From Octopus bimaculoides (Eukaryota), in the NCBI RefSeq assembly GCF_001194135.2, contig NC_068997.1, positions 21,837,686 to 21,878,661 of the forward strand: a stretch of 40,976 nucleotides of DNA, given 5' to 3'. Both the position numbers and the translations under genes were made by a program. Each line of letters starts with the position of its first letter. Position 1 is the first letter of the stretch. The notes below the pieces were generated by a model. The model made no database searches, was not told the origin of the DNA, and saw nothing but the letters and a program-made list of their open reading frames with translations. Positions 33,851 through 40,976 of this stretch are shown piece by piece.

Positions 33851-34635
33851 ACTATGTAAAATATTTCTCTCGTTGGTTCGACATGGCTAGTTGCCCAATG
33901 TCGTATCGACGCAGCCATGTATCTGCGTTATCATGAACCAATATACCTGTATTTACTTTCGACAGCTTCCGAAGATAATATCATACTGATCAAATGTGTT
34001 CACTGAACATAAAATGTTCACTGAACACAGCTGCCTTGTTAGCATCCAGATATACTTCCAGTATCGATTAGACGAGCTCTAGCTGGTCTTATTATCATTA
34101 TCCCACCTACCGCTGCTTCTTATTGCGTGTGAATCATCAAATGCAAAGCTCAAACGCAAAGATTAAACAGAAATCTTTCTCTATCTTATTCTTTCCGAAG
34201 CTCTGTCAGTGAGATTACCCATGTCAATGCATACGTTTTGCATGCATGTTTTCTAATCATCGATTTGTCAGCACTCACTGGATACTACCACTGGAGTTAC
34301 TAACCGAAGCAGTAGTTATGTTTGTGAGGTTGGTTGATTACTGCACTGTTAATAACTACAGCAATTGAATAAGGCACATAACTCTATGTTCGCATCAGTC
34401 TTCTCGGATGGAAAACAAAGTTGTTTTATTATTACGGAGTTACTTGAGTGTAGTTTGCAGCAGAAAAGTAATTCATTTGTGAAACGTAATGGTCTCTAAC
34501 AATATGTAAATTTACAACTACTACCAAAACAAACAAAGAAACAAATATAAAAAGAAATATATAAATGCAAATCGAAATCAACATGGAAAACTGGATTTAA
34601 ATCGAGCCAATAATGGATTCCCAACATGGAGGCTC

Positions 34636-34740
34636 GACCTCTTAAAAATAGCAGCCACTCACTCCTTCCTCGGAGCATACTTATGGTCTTTAAAGCAGGA
34701 AAGACTAGCCACATTACATAATGTTGTTCTGGATACTGAC
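34636..34740 (-). mobile_element. SINE family D fragment
   Basis: CGACCTCTTAAAAATAGCAGCCACTCACTCC..GGTCTTTAAAG is reverse-complementary to the family D tail. Confidence 0.5.
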
Positions 34741-35586
34741 AAAATGACCGAATGTATGTACCATGGCAGTAACTCCAATAGTCATTGTCTAGTTTTATTA
34801 AGCGTGACTTGGAGCTTGCTTATCTTCAGTTACAATATCCAAATGCTGTACTATTTGGATAATGTAGTTATAGATATACAAAGAAACGGGGTGGTCACAA
34901 CTGGAACGCCTTTGATCATTCAGTATTGACTTAGCGCTTTACAAGAACAATAACAAACCTGGTCACAACTACTACCAACAACAATAATAACATTACATCT
35001 ATGAGCGGTATACTGACACCACAACCAATACCCGAAGTGTCTTTTTCTACATTTCTGATATTTCTGGAAAATAAAGTTGTGGTAGTTAGTGACGAAATAG
35101 AGCTAGATAACTCACTGAATGAAGATATCTCAGCTATTCCTGACGGAAATTACATAACACCAATAGGCAAATGCTGTGTAACAGTAATATTAAGGTGAAA
35201 CTGTTTTGAAAATATTAGAAAGAAAATAAGTTGTGAGATTTTCGCATGCAAAAACAAGGAGTAGATGGATTTGCTGTGGGTTAATATCAAGGGAATGCTC
35301 GTTACACAACGCCGAGTGTTAAAGCGATGTTCAATGTCACAGACCGGACGAGAAAACATACCTCGGGATCAGAGAGAATGTTAGATACCGATATTTCACC
35401 ATTATTGTGGCTTATCGCTAAAAAGTAATCGGTATATTTGTTTGCATTTGTTTCAAACTGTTTGACGAAGTCATAGCGTCGTAGTAAATTTTATAAATTA
35501 AAAATTTTACACTCGCTTCTCCTCAACCGCCAGCTCCCGTTTAAATTGCTTTTAAAAGCTGTTCAGCGGAATGTATAATGAAAGAC

Positions 35587-36060
35587 TACTTCCTGGAGCG
35601 AAGACGCGTGTGGTATGCAGTGTTATATGTATGGAAGATCCTGGAAATGTTGACACCAACATTTGGTAGCGAGAGCTATACCAGCCCCCTAACTGGACGT
35701 CACTGCTCCCTAAATGTTCTTATAGCCCCAGCAATCTCGTCTAGCGTGAGGACCATGTACTGCAATAACTTAGGATTGAAGGGCCCACAGCTATTTAACG
35801 TCTTGCCAAAACATCTGGGAGATCTTCATAGAGTAGGGGGAAGATATTTTCAAGAAACAGCTTGACCTATTCCTATCCAAGGTCGCAGATGGAACGATAT
35901 CGAGGCTGGGAACTCGATAGAGTGCAGCAATGTCGAACGCCCTCCTTCGACAAGACGATTCACATAAAATTGGCCATTTAAAGGATGGTTACACTGGCGG
36001 TGCTCCAGCATGGCCACATCTATAGGGCTGAAACGCGAAAAAGAATCAAAGAATAAAGAA
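35587..36060 (+). mobile_element. CR1-clade LINE 3' end (ORF2 C-terminus and tail), 5'-truncated
   Basis: YFLERRRVWYAVLYVWKILE..SYTSPLTGRHC..YCNNLGLKGPQLFNVLPKHLGDL, then a frameshift to DIFKKQLDLFLSKVAD..SNALLRQ..GGAPAWPHL* (TAG at 36023-36025). This is the LERRR..KIL / FK..LD.FL pattern of CR1/L2-type ORF2 termini. An A-rich tail follows. Confidence 0.85.
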
Positions 36061-36849
36061 TACACACACACACTGTCATATATAAACATCCCTCTCTCTC
36101 TCTCGCACATACGCACACATATTCGCACTCATACATGTGTGTATGTATGTATGTATGTATGTATGTATGTATGTATGTATGTATCTATCTATCTATCTAT
36201 CTAAACACATTTACGACGACGGATCACGATATGAGATCAATGCTTGATTCAAGAATTATCGGAAAAAAGAATTAAATATATATATATATTTATTTATTTA
36301 TATATATGTGTGTGTGTGAAAAACAAAAATCAACATATCAAGTTAATAATAAACAACGACAACAAAAAGAACGACCCCTACCCACCCCAAAATAGATAAA
36401 GGTGTAGGCTGGACGTTGCAAATATTTAGGCTCTGAACAATGAATGACACAAGATGTAAACGTCCCGCGGATATATTGCGGGTGGCGAGGTCATAGGAAA
36501 TAAAACCTCATCTATGAGCGAGGTGTCCTCGTAAAACATGTATCCATTCTGTTCACATTTAATTACTGAGAAGCAGGTGTTTCCAACTGAAAACAGTATT
36601 TGTGTTATGTGGTATTGTAAGTCACCAATCGTATAGTGGACATTGTCTCAACTACTTACAAGATAACTAATCCTGAAGCAAAGAGCAGCAAAGCAAAGGC
36701 AAAGACTTTGATAGTTTCGGCTTCGTTCCTTTATTTGAGTATATTTTACGATGGCACATTTACCTAGTGAATTCGGACGCTTGAACGAATCGTTCATATT
36801 CTTATTTCCAGCGTATCTCTACGGCTGTCAATATATGTATGTTTGTATG

Positions 36850-36885
<36 letters not shown>

Positions 36886-37146
36886 TACGTATGTATGTAT
36901 ACATACATGCATATTTGTATGTGATTGTGTCTAGGTACCGTGTGTGTGTGGCGGGGTCGTTTCCGTTTGAATATGCGGTGTGTTTTTGTTTGGCCCATAG
37001 CAACCGTGCTGCGACACAGTTTGAGGTAATTTTTATTGTCGCTAACCTGGTGTTAGCTTAAAATTTTTATGAAGGATTCCAGCGCAAGAATGGGTGTGCA
37101 TGAGTGTGCGTGTATTGAAATTGTATACGCGAATAATATGTATATA

Positions 37147-37189
<43 letters not shown>

Positions 37190-37571
37190 NNNNNNNNNNN
37201 NNNNNNNNNNNNNNNNNNNNNNNNNNNNNNNNNNNNNNNNNNNNNNNNNNNNNNNNNNNNNNNNNNNNNNNNNNNNNNNNNNNNNNNNNNNNNNNNNNNN
37301 NNNNNNNNNNNNNNNNNNNNNNNNNNNNNNNNNNNNNNNNNNNNNNNNNNNNNNNNNNNNNNNNNNNNNNNNNNNNNNNNNNNNNNNNNNNNNNNNNNNN
37401 NNNNNNNNNNNNNNNNNNNNNNNNNNNNNNNNNNNNNNNNNNNNNNNNNNNNNNNNNNNNNNNNNNNNNNNNNNNNNNNNNNNNNNNNNNNNNNNNNNNN
37501 NNNNNNNNNNNNNNNNNNNNNNNNNNNNNNNNNNNNNNNNNNNNNNNNNNNNNNNNNNNNNNNNNNNNNNN

Positions 37572-37647
<76 letters not shown>

Positions 37648-38598
37648 CCATCTTTGTATCATACATACACCATTGAGAGACCATTTACTGGGGTATTGTT
37701 CTTGAGATAACTTGTCTTATGGACACCCTGTTTGGAAAATACAATAAACATTAGAGAAAGAGAAAGAGAAAAATTTGTGCCCAATGCAGTCAGTGAGAAA
37801 ATCAGGTGCATTTTGGGTGTTTTGGGGGCTTCTCAATAGCAGAAGTCACATTCTTGAACGAGATATCGTCACCTCTGATATATTAGAGGGGAATAAACCA
37901 TTTCATTCAACCAGGCGGCTGTTTGTGCAAGTGACTGGTTCATTATTTTTTAAATATAATAGAGGCAATCAATTCTTCTCTCAGTATGTGGCGTGTAGCA
38001 AATACACGCATGTTTTAGGTCGTTGGTGGTATTGCTTAACCCTAGATTGACTCTGATCGTGCAGGTCGATGACCAATTGCAATCGTTTCGAACACTGTGT
38101 ATCCAGGACTACATTATTCGATATAATTTTCTAATTTTCTTGACGGCAGAGCGTAATTTGAGGAAAATTTAACTGCTCTTTCTTGCTCGTCATTAACGAA
38201 TCCTGTGGAGGCTCCTTAATTATATAGCTGCATCACTGGTTTCGGTTTTGTTATTGATTCTTGAAGAGGTAAAATTAAGTTTTTTATGCGAAAATAACGT
38301 TAGTTGAAAGTTAATTGACTATAAAAGTAGAATAGATTCTGTACGTTGTAAGTTGACATTGTAGAAAGCTAAAAAGAAAAACAAAAATGCTTCTGTAATT
38401 TAATGAATACATAAATAATACGGATGAGGCGAAAGAACATTTGTGATTTGGTAACAAAAAAATAGAAAAGTACCTACGGTCAACCGGAAATGTGTATACC
38501 GCCATCTTTTGTACATACTGACACGGTTAGTGATTTTTTAGCAACAAATATGTGCGTCTGTGAAGGCGGCAAGCTAGCTAAATCGTTACAACGCCGGG

Positions 38599-38651
<53 letters not shown>

Positions 38652-38770
38652 GATGGGTCTATTTCAGTTTCCGTCTTTCAAATTCATTCCTAAGGTGCTT
38701 GTCAACCCGGGGATTATAGTAGAAGATAATAGCCCAAGCTGTCGCGTAGTGAGAAAACTTTCTTGGTATA
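38652..38770 (-). mobile_element. SINE family A, 5' half, diverged
   Basis: The reverse complement ..CTCACTACGCGACAGCTTGGGCTATTATCTTCTACTATAATCCCCGGGTTGACAAGCACCTTAGG..AGACGGAAACTGAAATAGACCCATCG matches 23170-23275. Confidence 0.65.
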
Positions 38771-38778
38771 CTTTACCA

Positions 38779-38821
<43 letters not shown>

Positions 38822-38903
38822 CACACACACACGCACGCACGCACGCACGCACGCACACACAAACGCACGCACACACTTATCTATCTATATGAGTACATAT
38901 ATA

Positions 38904-38960
38904 CGACGGGCTTCTGTCAATTTCAGTTTACCAATTGCAACCACAAGGCTTTGGTCGGTC
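38904..38960 (-). mobile_element. SINE family A middle fragment
   Basis: CGACGGGCTTC..ACCACAAGGCTTTGGTCGGTC is the reverse complement of GGCCGACCAAAGCCTTGTG..GAAGCCC. Confidence 0.65.
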
Positions 38961-38989
38961 TGTATAATATAATATATATATATGTGTGT

Positions 38990-39195
38990 GTGTCTTTGTG
39001 CTTGTGTTTGTCCCCTACCACCGCTTGACAAGAGGTGATGGTTTGTTTACGACCCGTAACTTAGCGGATCGGGAAAATGTCCAGTAAAATATGCATGAGA
39101 CACAACACTAGGGCGTTGATTTTTTTTTCTTCAGCTAACCCTACAAAGTAGTGTTCCAGCATGGCCGCGGGCTAATGATTGAATATGTTAAAGAA
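38990..39195 (+). mobile_element. SINE family A, 3' half
   Basis: TTTGTCCCCTACCACCGCTTGACAAG..CGTAACTTAGCGG..GTTCCAGCATGGCCGCGGGCTAATGATTGAA. Confidence 0.75.
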
Positions 39196-39516
39196 CAAAA
39201 CAAACACGCACACAGTTTATAAAAATATATAATACTAGTGATATAGACGGATAATAACATAAAATAATGTCGCTTAAATTGTGTTTATAGATTTGCATAT
39301 TAATTTTATATGTATCGATAAATAATCGGATAACATGGCTTATAAAATTGCTGAACTTTCGTCAAAAAAACACCCTTCATGATTGAATTAGTTTCAATGA
39401 AACTGCTTGAAAAAGAAAAACTGTGAAAATATTTCTTTACTCACAGAGACGCACGCTCACATCCCTAAATTTAAATATAACTATTTACCTGTCTATGCGT
39501 ACATATAGACAAACAT

Positions 39517-39550
<34 letters not shown>

Positions 39551-39573
39551 TTGTGTGCGAGTCTATATGAATA

Positions 39574-39631
<58 letters not shown>

Positions 39632-40330
39632 TGTATATATATATGCATGCATGCATGTATGTATGTATGAATGTATGTATTTCAGTAAGTAGCTTTATTT
39701 AACACTGTGCTGGGAGAAATATTGGAAAGCATGAAATGAACTATTATAGTTCTTTATTTACGCTTATATTGGTAAAGTTATTTTGATAAACACCATTATA
39801 GAATGTGACAGCTTAGACAGTTATTTGGTTGTTTCAGTTAAACTAACGGTAATAATGTTATAGAACTCTCTCCTTTTAACGGAAAAAAAGGATAGCATAA
39901 ACAAAAACAAACACAAATAAACAATTTTTTTAAAAACATCCATATTCTGATTAAATTTTAGTAAAAATACTGTGTAGGGATAAATGCGTGTGAGAGACTT
40001 TTAGTAAACTATCGCATCTGATATCCGATGCGGCCAATAAAATATGTGACCCTTTATTTCTCTTTTAAAATTGTTAATTGTGTGTATATATATATATATA
40101 CATCAGAAATTGAAATTTGTTGAGAATTATATTGGCTTCGCTTTTTCAACATTTCCTCTCGTTTTCTATCTTTCCGTTTATACTTATAGAATATATATAN
40201 NNNNNNNNNNNNNNNNNNNNNNNNNNNNNNNNNNNNNNNNNNNNNNNNNNNNNNNNNNNNNNNNNNNNNNNNNNNNNNNNNNNNNNNNNNNNNNNNNNNN
40301 NNNNNNNNNNNNNNNNNNNNNNNNNNNNNN

Positions 40331-40372
<42 letters not shown>

Positions 40373-40976
40373 GGTTCAGTATGTTAGTGCGTATATGCGT
40401 AGGAGATTATATATGCACATAATGTTTGGCGTAATTTTCATATCAATAGCAATTCAACCCTTTATGCTTGGATGCGATGTGGTGCCAAGCATAACCGAAA
40501 ATAACATTGTTTGGTAAACGAGTTCCCGTGGAACCTCGTACATTTTAAACATTCCATGACACATTTACCATTATGAACAACTTACAAGACAATATACTGT
40601 CTGTTATAAACTGAATTTCAGTAATCGATAATCGATTTTGTTATTTCTTTTCTCAAAGAATTTTTAACAAAAGCGCTGAATATTTATCTCTACGCATCAA
40701 CACCTCAGATTTATACCTGAAAACAGTAAAAAAAAAAAAATGTTGATAGAAAGGCGTATTTATGTATGTATTATTTATGTACTTACTTATATACCTATGG
40801 ATGTGTAAGTACATACATGTGTGTGTATATATGGTTATACATGCATATGTATAATGCTATGTATACAATCAAACACTAACAATATATTTATGCCGCACGC
40901 GTGTGACTTTGTGTCTGTGCGAGTGAATGCGTATGCGTGTGTATATGCATGTTTATCCGTACGTATATCTATATAT

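Noticed and set aside
2486-40517. Long ORFs containing X runs (e.g. 2486-3190, 7448-8047, 11836-12618, 19036-19666, 19996-20863, 25782-26543, 29353-30015, 37042-37710)
   Set aside because: They are open only because they span N-gaps and flanking dinucleotide repeats.

Overview
This is an AT-rich, microsatellite-dense metazoan draft-assembly window with 15 N-gaps totalling about 4.2 kb. The repeat repertoire matches what I recall for octopus/cephalopod genomes; that assignment is an inference, not a search result. No intact host gene can be supported, and the window looks intronic or intergenic. Nearly all listed ORFs are artefacts of N-gaps or microsatellites. Mobile-element content: (1) a 1.1-kb internally deleted Chapaev3-type (CMC) DNA transposon with CAC..GTG termini and a TTA TSD; (2) a CR1 LINE 3' end whose tail matches the tail of the commonest SINE here; (3) three R4/Dong-like (RLE) LINE 3' fragments; (4) a Penelope-like (PLE) GIY-YIG fragment; (5) two PLE-type minimal hammerhead ribozyme motifs, one intact and carried on a 191-bp insertion with a 14-bp TSD nested inside a MITE with 70-bp inverted repeats; (6) many tRNA-derived SINE copies in about four families; (7) a hAT MITE; (8) a 186-bp foldback palindrome. 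Two items remain unexplained: a 33-bp minisatellite with an open 11-aa periodic frame, and a 172-aa ORF. I found no evidence of a wholly new biological system. The nested hammerhead mini-element, the CR1/SINE tail sharing and the 33-bp array most deserve follow-up.
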